From Octopus bimaculoides (Eukaryota), in assembly GCF_001194135.2 (NCBI RefSeq), contig NC_068998.1, positions 47,712,032 through 47,775,655 on the forward strand: a stretch of DNA of 63,624 bases. Reading direction: 5' to 3'. This document shows positions 14,235 through 27,540 of this stretch, piece after piece. Position numbers and translations under genes: made by a program. The notes beneath the pieces were generated by a model. It had not been told where the DNA came from. It worked only from the letters and a program-made list of their open reading frames with translations, and made no database searches. Every line of letters begins with the position of its first letter. Position 1 is the stretch's first letter.

Positions 14235-15300
14235 ACGAAAGAAGGTCGTGAGACTAAAAGTTGGTCAAACGGAAAGAACGGAATGATAAGACAAACAAAA
14301 GCAATGAGTAAAGAGGCGAAAGGAAGGAAGGAAGGAGAAAAGAAAAGAGAACAAGGAAAAGAAAGAAGAGTAGAGAGAGCGAACTCACAGCATGGATGAT
14401 CACAGAACGACCGGCGAAAACTGTTTAAAGTGGCTATAGAAAGAGAGGAGAAGGAGGAGGGAGGATTAGAAGGAATGTAAAGAGAGGAAGTGAAAGAGAG
14501 AGAAAGGAAGGCGTAAACAACAACATGGGAGGAGGAGGAGGAGGATTAAATTGACTGAAGAAGTGGGGGAGAAGAAAAAGTGTAATAACTATAATAAGAG
14601 GGGAAGGAAGAGGAGGTAAAACAAAGTGAATTAGGAGCTTGAAGCCAACCAAGAATGTAGGAGGAGATGAAGTGAAAGAGTGAAAGAAGGAAACAAAATA
14701 GATAGAAAGATAAATATGAAGAAGAAGAGAAAAAGAAGAAAGAGATTGAGTGGACTGAGAGGGATGTAGAGAGAGAAAGTGCAAAAGTGTGTGAGGAGAG
14801 AAGGGGAGGAAATTAAGAAATGAGAAAATAATTGGAGGCAGAAGGGGAGAGAGTAAAATAGTAAGTGGAAAAGCATGAATGAAATTGGCTGTGAGTAATA
14901 GGAAGAGGGAAGAACTAAGACTGGAGGAAAATGTGGGAGGGAGAGGGAGATAAGAGATAAGTGGGAGAGGAAGGCAGGATGATAAGGGAGTCGGGTAAGA
15001 AGGAAGTGGAAGATAAAGAATGCAGAAGGAAGTATAAAGAAATTGGAGACGGGGAAAGGGGGTGAAGTGAGAGGTGTAGATAAAAGGAAAGAAATAGAGG
15101 AGTGAGTGATTATAGGAAGGGGAGGAGAAGAAGAAAAGAGAGATTAGAGCAGAAAGTGAGGGAAAAGAGAGAGAAAGAGAGAGAGAGAAGTGGTAGAGGA
15201 AGAGGTAGAGATTTAAGGAGTAAAGAAATTATGAGAGGGTGAGAAAGAAAAGGTGGTGTTAGGTGGAGAGTGACGAAGGGGAGGATTGACGGACAAGATA
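14235..15300. repeat. About 1.1-kb polypurine (GA-rich) tract
   Basis: Plus strand is almost entirely A/G with no fixed period. Confidence 0.85.
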
Positions 15301-16670
15301 GGTAGATAGCTAGTAATAGATACGTCTGCCTTCCGGCTACAAGGTGGATTGATGGCTCTTTTGGGGGTCTACCTTAATAAGGGCAGGAGGGATTTTCATT
15401 AGAAATACAAGGTGCTATTCTTCGGGTCGGATCCGTTTTAGTAGGAGCTAGGTACACTCGCTCCTCACCCGAAATTTAGGGGTCGGAACAAACCTGTCAT
15501 TTAACACACATATACACATACATACATATAGGCATACACATATATATATTTTTTTTCTCAGGATTAAATAAAAAGACAACAAACGGAAAATATGACATGT
15601 ATTCTTTTACTTGTGTCAGTCGTTTCACTGTGGCCATGCTGGGGCACCGCATTGAAGAATTTTTAGTCCAATGAATCGACTCCAGTACATTTTTTTAAAA
15701 ATAATTTTAATAATTTTTTTTATTTGCCAGGTGCTTGTTCTATCGGTTTCTTTTGCGGAATCGCTATATTTCGCGGAAGGAAACACACCAACCCCGGCTG
15801 TCGTGTGTGTGTGTGTAGGATAAGTGAGTTTTTTTCAGTTTCCATCTACCAAATCCACTCGCATGGCTTTGGTCGGCCCAAGGCTACAGTAGAAGCCACT
15901 TGCCCAAGGTGCCATGCAGTGGGACTGAACGCAGAAGCATGTAGTGAAAAACAAGCTTCATATCACACAGCTAACACGAGGATTGCAGCGGCAATGCTGT
16001 AGCAATTCCGTCTAATCCACGGCCCTAGTCTAGAATGCTTAATTTCATCGACCCCGGAAAGATAAATAGGCTAAGATGGCTACAGCTGGATTTGAACGTG
16101 AGACAGCAAAGAACCAGATTAAATACCGCAAGGTATTCGGTCCGACGTTTAAACAATTCTGTAAAATCGCCCGCCTTGCTGCTAATTATGTAATTAACAG
16201 GGATTGTTAATAAGCAAACTTCTCTCAACACACACAGATTTATGTACATAACAGCATACATGCATACAACCACATAAACGCACGCACACACGCACATCTC
16301 AGATAAGGCCTGCCTCCTCTCCTCCTCCTCTTAATATGTCTTCCCTTTCAGACCTTCGTCCTCCTCCTACCACGTCTCATCGTATGACACTTGCTCCCAT
16401 CTTCCATGCGTTACTTCCTCTTTCTCCCTTTCTTCCTCTGTTTATCTTTCAACTCTTAACCTTTTTTCCTTTCTTGTCTGATTGTCTGTCGGTCTTTTGA
16501 TCACTGCTTGCTTCTCTAACGAATGAGTAAGACTACCTGTTAATCTATCTATCAGTCTATCCAGCTGTCTGTCTATTTATTGATTGTCCATCCATCTATC
16601 TATCAATCTCTATCTATCTATCAGTCTCTATCTATCTATCTATCTGTCTCTATCTATCTATCTATCTGTC

Positions 16671-16704
<34 letters not shown>

Positions 16705-17540
16705 AATGACTGTGTATAATTATGTATACGTGTTATACGTGTGTGTGTCTCGGCGTATGTGTCTCTAACCAATCGCAACTCAGTGAACCAACTTTTATAT
16801 TTTATATTTGCCAACTTTTAAAGATTTCAAGATTTCCTGTTTGCTGAGAGCAAACGTGGAAAGAACTGACAACTGTGTATGATGTATACGCGCGCACACA
16901 CACACACACACAGACACACACGTGCGCGCATAGACTTTTGTATATACATATAGTGGGCGCACTTGTGTTCCGTATTCTATTCCAGCAATGCTGTCCTAAC
17001 TTTATACCGAGTCAAAGCATATTTATCAAACGTAGACATTTATATGTATATTTTTGTTGCCTTCACAGTGTTTACCGTTTTACAAAATTAGATTAGAAAA
17101 TTGGACAAAGCAGAGAACACGACNNNNNNNNNNNNNNNNNNNNNNNNNNNNNNNNNNNNNNNNNNNNNNNNNNNNNNNNNNNNNNNNNNNNNNNNNNNNN
17201 NNNNNNNNNNNNNNNNNNNNNNNNNNNNNNNNNNNNNNNNNNNNNNNNNNNNNNNNNNNNNNNNNNNNNNNNNNNNNNNNNNNNNNNNNNNNNNNNNNNN
17301 NNNNNNNNNNNNNNNNNNNNNNNNNNNNNNNNNNNNNNNNNNNNNNNNNNNNNNNNNNNNNNNNNNNNNNNNNNNNNNNNNNNNNNNNNNNNNNNNNNNN
17401 NNNNNNNNNNNNNNNNNNNNNNNNNNNNNNNNNNNNNNNNNNNNNNNNNNNNNNNNNNNNNNNNNNNNNNNNNNNNNNNNNNNNNNNNNNNNNNNNNNNN
17501 NNNNNNNNNNNNNNNNNNNNNNNNNNNNNNNNNNNNNNNN

Positions 17541-17848
17541 NGTAAGCCTTGTACTTATTCTATCGGTCTCTCTGCCAAACCGCTAAGTTACGGGGACGTA
17601 AGTACACCAGCATCGGTTGTCAAGCGATGTTGGGGAGGGGGGACAAACACACACACACATATGTATACATATACATATATACGACGGGCTTCTTTCAGTT
17701 TCTGTCTACCAAATCCACTCACAAGGCTTTGGTCAGCCCAAGGCTACAGTAGAAGATACTTGCCCAAGGTGCCACACAGTGGGACTGAACCCGGAACCAT
17801 GTGGTTGGTAAACAAGCTACTTACCACACAGGCACTCCTGCGCCTATA
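17541..17848 (-). mobile_element. tRNA-derived SINE family C
   Basis: Shared block ccaaatccactcacaaggctttggtc...gggactgaacccggaaccatgtgg, also at ~15600-15970, 48500-48660 and 52950-53235. Confidence 0.75.
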
Positions 17849-18031
17849 GCTACTCACCACAGTCTCCTCATACATACATACATACATACGGTGCCATTTG
17901 AAACGCATTGTGACGCAGAAGTAACATCTGCTGCAAAGGAAAGAGGCCAGTAATTGTCTTGTGACTATGAAATCAACAGCCTAATTAGGATTGCTAATGA
18001 AATTGATAAGCAATATGAAATATGAGCTGAT

Positions 18032-18076
<45 letters not shown>

Positions 18077-19386
18077 TGGGGAGCATTGGTAAATTCTATT
18101 TATCAAAACGAAGTTTTTAAAAATGGACCAGTTCATTGTGAAAGTAGAGCATGGATACTTGACATGAAAAACTCAAACCATAAAAGGAACAAACCATATC
18201 AAAAGCTTGGAATGGAATATCGAATAGTTTAAGACATCCCACTTTGAAGACTACATCCATACACTTCGAGAATATGAGTTCCCCACCAGCGTCTGTAGTG
18301 TAAAAGGCAGACGACAAATGTAGGCTGTGCAAAGCCAAGGCAGAAGACACCAATCATATGATTGTCAACTGTGAGAGAATGTCTTCCAGATATTATCTTT
18401 CTGTGACGTATGATGCAATGACCAGAAGAATCTGGAGCAAGTTAAGAAAAAAAAGGAAATGCCAGCAGACGAATTTGATTGTATTGAGACCGATGAGTCA
18501 AAAGAATATTAGTGAAACTTGTAAATTAAAACAGCTACCAATTACAGAATCGTCAGTTGGACCCTCTACTCTCCAAAAGATGAAGATTGAGGTCTTATGG
18601 TTCGTGTAGTACACCAGTCTCAGCCAAAAAGTCTTGAGGGTTCGAGGCTCTACCATTAACCACAATGGTATACTAAAAATAATTCATCATAGCTTCCTCC
18701 GCTGAATCGTGTGCGTGGGACCTTCTCTTGGCGCGGGGTCCAGTTTAAACAAATATGTCTAATTGGCTAAAAACCGGCCGTGTGTTGAAATGGGTAACGA
18801 CAGGGTGGCCTGGAATACGCAGTGAAATACTTCAAATGTTACTGCCGAAAGAAATCGTCAAGACATCGGCCTGTTTCTCCAATGTAAAGAGTACTATAAA
18901 GTTTATATATGATACAGTGTGTATACGTATGCGCGTGATTATTCCGTTTTATTTCAAGATTTCTTGCCAATAGAGAAAGAACCGGCTTCTAGCCTAGATC
19001 CAAGGCTCCTTCATTGGAATTTCAGCAACATCAACAGGGTGTTTTTGCATGTATGTGTCTACGTGTGCCGTATTTGGAGTCAGTGTATGTGCAGATTTGT
19101 ATGTATGTATGTATGTATGGATGGATGGATGGATACGTTTTTGCATAGTAAACGATCCGGTGGAGTTCTCGCTACAAGAGTAGAGTGAAATATATATTTA
19201 AAGCGATTCAGTGACCTGTTAGTCTGTACTAAATAAAGTACGTGCGTGTGTGTGTGTGTGTATGCGCGCACACAGATAGATAGATAGGTAGATGGATGGA
19301 TAAACAAACAGACAGACAAAGAGGTAAACAGACAGATAGATGGATAAACAGACAGACAGATAATGAGGTAGATAGATAGATGGATG

Positions 19387-19435
<49 letters not shown>

Positions 19436-19728
19436 AAAGTGAAGAGGTGGATAATCTTTATTTACTCTGAAAATTAGGAGTACTAATTACACCACTTATG
19501 TTTAATGCTTGCTAATTATCTAATTATTGCTAATTGAACGTTATGCAGACACACAAGCCCACACATATCCCGGTTAAATGAATGATTTCTTCATTCGAGG
19601 AAAAAATGCGGCTTGTAGTGTTTATATATTTAATGGAAAGGACTCTCTTTAACAAAACTATAAGCCTTTGGGTAAAGTAATACATAGGAGTCATCTTCGT
19701 TTATAACCTTCTTCTTCTTCTTCAGTTT

Positions 19729-19765
<37 letters not shown>

Positions 19766-20314
19766 GCATGTAGTCAGACAGACACATACATACATACATG
19801 ATGGCCGTCCACTCGTGACCGAGGAAGACCATTGGTGATCTTTAGGAACATTGTGCGCTCTAGGACTAATTTATATATTGCATTTGCGGTTCCGTTGGTG
19901 GATAATGGGCCCTGCTCTTGACAAGCATACACGACTGTAAACATTGCAAGCCAAACTTTCTCCAGTCCCAACGCTTTCAAGCAGCAGCCTTTCGAGCAGC
20001 ACGCTTAAATTCTTCATGCAAAATATTTGCTCTTTCGGTGTCGACTCCCTCCTTAACCTGCTTCCAATACATACATACATACATACATACATGCAAACGC
20101 GCATGCGTATACAGTTCATGGATTCCTTACAACGTGGCCAGAAGTGTGAACTATTATTTCTTATTTCAATATTGCCCACAAGGGGCTAAACACAGAGGGG
20201 GACAAACAAGGGATTAAGTCGATTACATCGACCCCAGTGCGTAACTGGTACTTAATTTATCGACCCTGAAAGGATGAAAGGCAAAGTCGACCTCGGCGGA
20301 ATTTGAACTCAGAA

Positions 20315-21110
20315 CGTATCTCAATAATTTATCCAAAATAAAACTACTCACCATTTTATATAATCTTTTATTTCCTCGTAGTTCACCAGTGGAGTGCTGG
20401 GTTCGAAATTCACCTCGGGCCTCAGGAAAAACTGCTGCCATTACCTATTCCAACTCTATTTTCGGTGGGATCCTACCTATTCTAATCCACGTTGGACGTC
20501 TACCCAACTTATTGGGAAAGAGCATCCAATTTCCTTCAGTTAACGTCTTATTGGCGCATTTCTTTGCTGCCTCCTCCGATACAAATGTGATCTCTACAGA
20601 CGCGTATGTCTTGTCTCTTATAAAAAAAAAACGACACAACTTCTTGCAATTCCTTCAAACACTCCTCCACCTCCTCCTTCGTTGCACTCCCTATTCTTCT
20701 ATTTTTCCTTGAAAATGATTTATACTCCACGACTCCAATTTCCATTTTCGTCTTTTCCTCCTCTGATGGGGTCAACTTTACGTTTGGCCCCTCCTTCTTT
20801 ATCATTTCTTTATATTTTCCAACCTTCTCAGCCATGTCTTCATTCCAATGTATTTCATATTGCTTCAGCAGGCCTGGGACGACGGCAGCTCGACTCCCCG
20901 TCGCTGCTGCATACGTCTTCATTTTCTCCATCTCAGCAACGACCACCAAATAATAGTGGCGTTATAGTAATAACACGTCCGACCAGTAAACTCAGAGACG
21001 AAATATCGATTTCTTTATTAGGCATAAAGCCCCAAAACACAAATGGGGACACCACAAGGACAGACAAGACCACAGTAGGGACAAAAAACATAAAACGAAT
21101 GTAAATGAAA
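20315..21110 (-). mobile_element. Degraded 5' fragment (ORF1-like) of an L1/Tx1-type LINE
   Basis: Frameshifted ORF pieces: an E/K-rich N-terminus, then VEITFVSEEAAKKCA and RRPTWIRIGRIPPKIELE, resembling RRM-type LINE ORF1. Confidence 0.45.
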
Positions 21111-24100
21111 TGAAAGTTATATAAAAATGAAAATGGACGCATGAGCCCCACTCCCATGCAGTACCATTTGAACCGTTATATGTACTATTTACAATTGTTC
21201 TTTATTTTTTCCTTTAATTTCATACTTTTTTTTTTGTCTTTAGTAGAACTTCAATAGTGGTTCGATATCTCTTAGATCCACCACTGGTGGCAACTCTTTA
21301 AACTTATATATTTCTTTATTGCCCACAAGGGGCTAAACATAGAAGGGACAAACAAAGACTGACAAAGGGATTAAGTCAATTACATCAACCCCAGTGCGTA
21401 ACTGGTTCTTATTTAATCAACCCCGAAAGGACGAAAGGCAAAGTCGACCTCAGCGGAATTTGAACTCAGAACGTAAAGACAGACGAAATACCGCAAAGCA
21501 TTTCGCCCGGAGTGCTAACGTTTCTGCCAGCTCGCCGCAATAGTTTGAACGATTCTTTCTCCAGGAAGGACGGTTGTGCTTGTTGCTAAGCTCTACATAT
21601 ATCATTAAGAAGATGAGAAGCCGTGTGCAATGTTTCTTTTCTGTTGCACATGCCCGTTTTAACTCTAGCTTTGTTTATTTTTTACTCCGCAGAGACTAGG
21701 GTTGAAACATCTGGCCATATTGTACAAGACAAAAATACGGTGAATACACTTATTCTGCTTGTTTCACCTGAAATTATTATTATAATTATTTATTTATTAG
21801 TTTGAGGATTACTGGATTACTCTCTCTCCCTATATATACACATATATATATATATTCTCATACATATGCCTATATAGGTACACACACACATCCACGCATA
21901 TATATATAAAGATTCATACATATAGACGTGTGTGTGTGTACAAATACACTCATAAATATAGATGTGTGTATGTGTATATACACGTGTGCGTGCGGACGTG
22001 CAAGAAAGAGAGGGAGAGAGAGAGGAAAAGTATTATCAGAGAATATAATGGCTGTTGTTTTGTTATTCAACCTCAAACCCTCTGACCCATGGATCAAATC
22101 TGTTCCAGATATGACCAACACGTCGTTTATTCAAACATAATTAATCTACAACTTACAATTATACCAATATTCTATTCTCATTTCTTACTAACAGTAGCAT
22201 GAGAATTGAGAGAGGTTTCTTCGCTATTTCTAACAGATCGAACCACCATCAGGAACTGTGCCATTAAATCGATACAAATATCTGTTGATGGTTAATATTT
22301 TATAGAATCCTCGCAGACTCCTGCTTGGTTTATCATCAAACATTTAATTCCACTGGGAATCCTGTCTTTTAACTAAATTGACCATTAACAATGGTGCCAT
22401 TACTCTGTTGACATATTTATTATTTATGTTCAAAATGTCACCAATTTTACTAAAACAGTCTCTGTCTGTTTAGAAAAATATTCCAGTGGACAAAAAGAAA
22501 AAAAAAATTTGAAGAAGCCATCCTGTAACAAACTGTCAAATGTTCAAGTTCTTGCCATAATTGAGAAAAAAATATGAATTCTATTTATTGCTAATCTTGT
22601 CCTTTACACACACGTGTGTGTGTGTATGTAGCTTATATTTTTTCTTTCAGTCACTGGACTGCGGCCATGCTGGGGCACCACCTTGAAGGGTTTTGACTCA
22701 AATTGACGCCAATACTTTTTTTTTTAAAGCCTGGTATTTATTTTATTGGGAGGCGCAATGGACTAGTGGTTAGGGTAGCGGTCATAGGATCGCGGTTTCG
22801 ATTCCCAGACCGGGCGTTGTGTGTGTTTATTAAGCGAGAACACCTAAAGCTCCACGAGACTCCGGCAGGGGACGGTGGCGACTCCTGTTGTACTCTTTAT
22901 TTATTAAAACATTTATTCTCATCAAATTCCAATCAAACACATGTTTCTGCTGGAGAAGTATCCTTGTGTCATTTGATGTAGCATTCATGTGCATCTACTT
23001 GATTTAAATTCAAATTATTTGCAGTAGATATTCATCCAAGAAAGACATTCCAATGCAGCTTTGTTCAAGGTTATTTGTGGAGAATACAAATGTCTGTTAA
23101 ATCACGTGACAAAACAGGTACAGGAAATTACCGCTCAGGTCAAGTTTATGCTTAAACAGCAAGTTTAAATGCAAAGAAGCAGCAGCTGGCTAAATGAAGG
23201 TTTGCTATTGGCAGTATCTTGAGAGAGCTGGTTGATGTGTAAAAGAACAAAAAGGATAGACAGACAAGCAACAGGTTTTGAATCAGATTATGATACATTA
23301 ACATAACATATGCAGAAAGGAGTATAAATCACAGCTGTTTCAGGAATAGTTGTGTAATTGGTATAATTCTCTGCATGTTGCCAGCATCCAGCATTTTGTG
23401 GCAGCCTATCTATTCTGTGTTTTATAATTGTCATAATCTGACCCAACACTTATTGTCTGCCTGTCTATCATTTTATTCTATTATATGTACATGCATATTT
23501 ACATAGATACATGCATGTATATATCTATATACATCATTTAAGTATATATGAGCATGTCTAGATATGCAACTATATGCATAAGAATACATACATAAAACAT
23601 ACAAATCTGCACGTATACATACATACATACAAAAATACTTTGTTGATGTTGTTGAAATTCCAATGAAGGAACCTTAGATCTAGGTTAGAAACCGGCTCTT
23701 GCTCTAGTAGGAAAGGCATTCAGCTGTAGAGAAACCTTGCCAAGTCAGATTGGAACCTGGTACAGCCTCCCGGCTTGCTACTTCTCAGTCAAATCATATA
23801 ACCCATGTCAGCATGGAAAGCAGATATTAAACAAGGACAATGATATATCTATATATATATGCATACATACTAGGCCACTGGTAGAAAAAAATTCTATAAT
23901 TTTACCTACCCGATATGGTTGGAAAGCATGTTCTTTCATCACACAGCCATGCTTGTACTGTGTGTGTGTGTCTGTGTGTGATACATTCACATAAATAAAG
24001 ATAGTAAAGCAGTAAAAATGCAAAAACAATAAGAAAAATGAAGACAGAATGGAAAAACATCTTTATTTACCTTCACAGAGAAGAGTGATAAAAAGAAGGG

Positions 24101-24602
24101 AGAGAAGACTTAAAAAAAAATTTAATGTAAAAAATATTAAGAAATATATATAAAAAAACAAAGAAGTGATCAAATTTCTTATTAAATTTTTTTTTTCTTT
24201 TTTGCCTCTTCAGGATTTCATTATCTAATTAAATATTTAATTAAATATTCTTGGATTTATTCGTTACTGTCTTTTATATATTTTTTGTTTTATTTTATTT
24301 TAATGTAAATAATTACTTTTAATTTTTTTTAATTCTAAAAAGTAAAAAAAAAAAGAATTTATTATATTTTACTCAGTTCTTTCATTTAGTTACACTTTAC
24401 ATATGTACCTGTGTGTGGGGTGGGGGTGGGGGTGGAGAGGTATGAGTGTATGTGTATATATATATATATATGCGTTTACATATATGTGTGTGTTTGTAGT
24501 ATATGTATGTGTTTATATATACATATATAATGTGTGTATACATACATATGTGTACATATATATATACATGTTTGTGCATATGCATACATGTATGTGTGTA
24601 CA

Positions 24603-24658
<56 letters not shown>

Positions 24659-24988
24659 NNNNNNNNNNNNNNNNNNNNNNNNNNNNNNNNNNNNNNNNNN
24701 NNNNNNNNNNNNNNNNNNNNNNNNNNNNNNNNNNNNNNNNNNNNNNNNNNNNNNNNNNNNNATATATATGTGTGTGTGTGTACAAGTATATATATATGTA
24801 CATACAAATAGAAATATATGCATATTTACATACATGTACATTATATATATATATATATGTGTGTGTGTGTACAAGTATATATATATGTACATACAAATAG
24901 AAATATATGCATATTTACATACATGTACATTATATATATATATATATATGTGTGTATATATAAACACGCATACAAATTTATACATATC

Positions 24989-25031
<43 letters not shown>

Positions 25032-25100
25032 GTAACATACATATACATGCTTATCTCTCTCTGAATGGCCACAGTCAAAATTAGTGAAACTAGTAAAAGA

Positions 25101-25153
<53 letters not shown>

Positions 25154-25177
25154 TACTGAAATACATATACACATAAT

Positions 25178-25241
<64 letters not shown>

Positions 25242-27340
25242 AGAGAGAGAGAGATATATATACTGAAATACATACACACATAATACATACATATATATAT
25301 ATATACTGTCAATACTGACAGTTTGCTTTGGACATTGCTAGGTGCCAATAGAAGTTCTTCAGAATACCCAAAGTGACCAACCACATACAAATACACATGT
25401 ACACAGATCTAATACATATTGTCAATGATAGCCGGTCACTTTGAAGCTTTGCCAACAAAGTCTCTGCAAAGGCTCAAACTGTCCGGTCACCACTGATAAT
25501 ACGGTTTCCACTCTGCACCTATATTGAGTCCTTTCAGTATTCAGTGCATATTTAGTGTACAACCATGTTTACATGTATATATATATATATATATATACAT
25601 ATAAACATATAGAAACATATATATCTAATGGAGACAGAAAACATTGCCATACAAGCATATATATATATATATCTATATATATATATATATATACACACAG
25701 AGACATAAATATTTACATACATAAGTTTACAAACATTTAATATACATAATATACATACATACAGAAATATATATAACAGATATATAATATATACAGTTGA
25801 AATTCTGAATTATGTACATATAAAGATCTTTGAGTGAATAAAAAGGAAAAGGAAAAAGAAAAAAATATTAAAAATAGTCATAAAAGAGAAATATTGTTTG
25901 AATATTGTTTTACATAACATAGCAGTGAGGACTATTGAAAATATCGATGTGTTTGTTACAGCTTAGTTTTGGGGAAAGACCTCCAGCACAACTAGTGACA
26001 CCAGAAACAGCTCCACTTATGTCAATGTGGTGAATACCTCCAATTGAACCTCCAGTAAATCCATAAACACCTCCACCACCATGCAGCCTCCATCACCTCC
26101 ATCAACATCACCATAATGAATACTTCCATCTCCACCATCAGGAATGACCTCCAACAGAACCCCCAACCCCCAACACCATTAAAACAAACTTGATGACTAC
26201 TTCCATCGTATATACCCTCCTCCACTTCCTCAAGTGAGAGTTGCTTCCCTTCCGTATCCAACAGAGGGCACTCCGAGCTGACTACGGTGTTTTTACATTT
26301 ATGTCTTGAGTTAGAATTCCTTTCCCCATAACAAAATGCCATGAAAGAACTGGTCTTAAATTTGTTTAGTTTCAACCACTGCTTTGCACATCACTTCATG
26401 AATTTATTTATTTATATACATATCATCATCATCATCGTTTAACGTCTGCTTTCCATGCTAGCATGGGTTTGACGATTTGAGTGAGGACTGGCAAGCCAGC
26501 AGGCTGCACCAGGCTCCAATCTGATTTGGCAGAGTTTCTACGGCTGGATGCCCTTCCTAACGCCAACCACTCCAAGAGTGTAGTGGGTGCTTTTATGTGC
26601 CACCGGCACGAAGGCCAGTCAGGCGGTACTGGCAACGACCACACTCAAAAAGGTATTTTTTATGTGCCAGAGAGAGGAGAGACTGGATTATATATTCAAT
26701 TGAATCAAACTGACTTCATACATTATCCGAAGATCATTCTGCCAATACTTTTGTGTGGAGGCACATGGCCTAATGGTTAGAGTAGCAGTGTTGCAGTCAA
26801 GGGATCACAGGTTTCGAATCTCAGACCAGCATTATAACAATGGTGAGAAATACAATAAACCCAAATACTGTAAGATAATCCTTAAACTGCACAATAATCC
26901 TATAAATGCATAACAATAATCCATGAAGTTCCAACTGTTTCAGTCAGTGTTACAAGCAACAGACCATTTCTCTGGCAAGTCTGTGGTTGGGGGGGGGGGG
27001 GAGCAGAATTTGGGATATTTCAGTTTCTTAGGTGAGGAGTTATAAAGTATGCTAAACACCACAGCTAAAAACACTGGTTTCAAATTTTGGCACAAGGCCA
27101 GCAATTTCAGGGACAGGGCATGTCAATTACAATGACCCCAGCACTCAACTGGTACTTATTTTAATTTTAGTACAACCCCTCTGTGTTGGCCCCTTGTGGG
27201 CGATAAAGAAATCTGGTACTTATTTTATCGACCCTGAAAGGATGAAAGGCGAAGTTGACCTCCGTGGAATTTGAACTCAAAATTTAAATAGGAATAATAT
27301 ATTTCTAAATCTCTCACAGAGATTTATGCATTAGCAGCAC

Positions 27341-27540
27341 GATAAAGTGTTGTCAACTTAATTTGACAGTCCCATAAAAGGAAAGAATGCTACTATTATT
27401 TAGCACTAGGAAACACCATTTCCTGTTGGACTTGACACATTTTCTGTGTCCTTATGTTTTCAAAGTGGCGACAAGGGCTAAATAACAGTAGCATTCTTCC
27501 CTTTTATGGGAGTGTCACATTAAGATGACAACATGCTATC
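27341..27540. mobile_element. Foldback/MITE-like element with ~64-bp inverted arms
   Basis: 27341-27404 is the reverse complement of 27477-27540 with few mismatches. Confidence 0.65.

Noticed and set aside
22748-22820. tRNA-like sequences at SINE heads (also ~4150, 26760, 29570, 45780)
   Set aside because: No full cloverleaf; they continue into SINE bodies.
24762-25300. Tandem duplications of AT/AC mosaics
   Set aside because: Next to a gap and low complexity; artefact or ordinary minisatellite.
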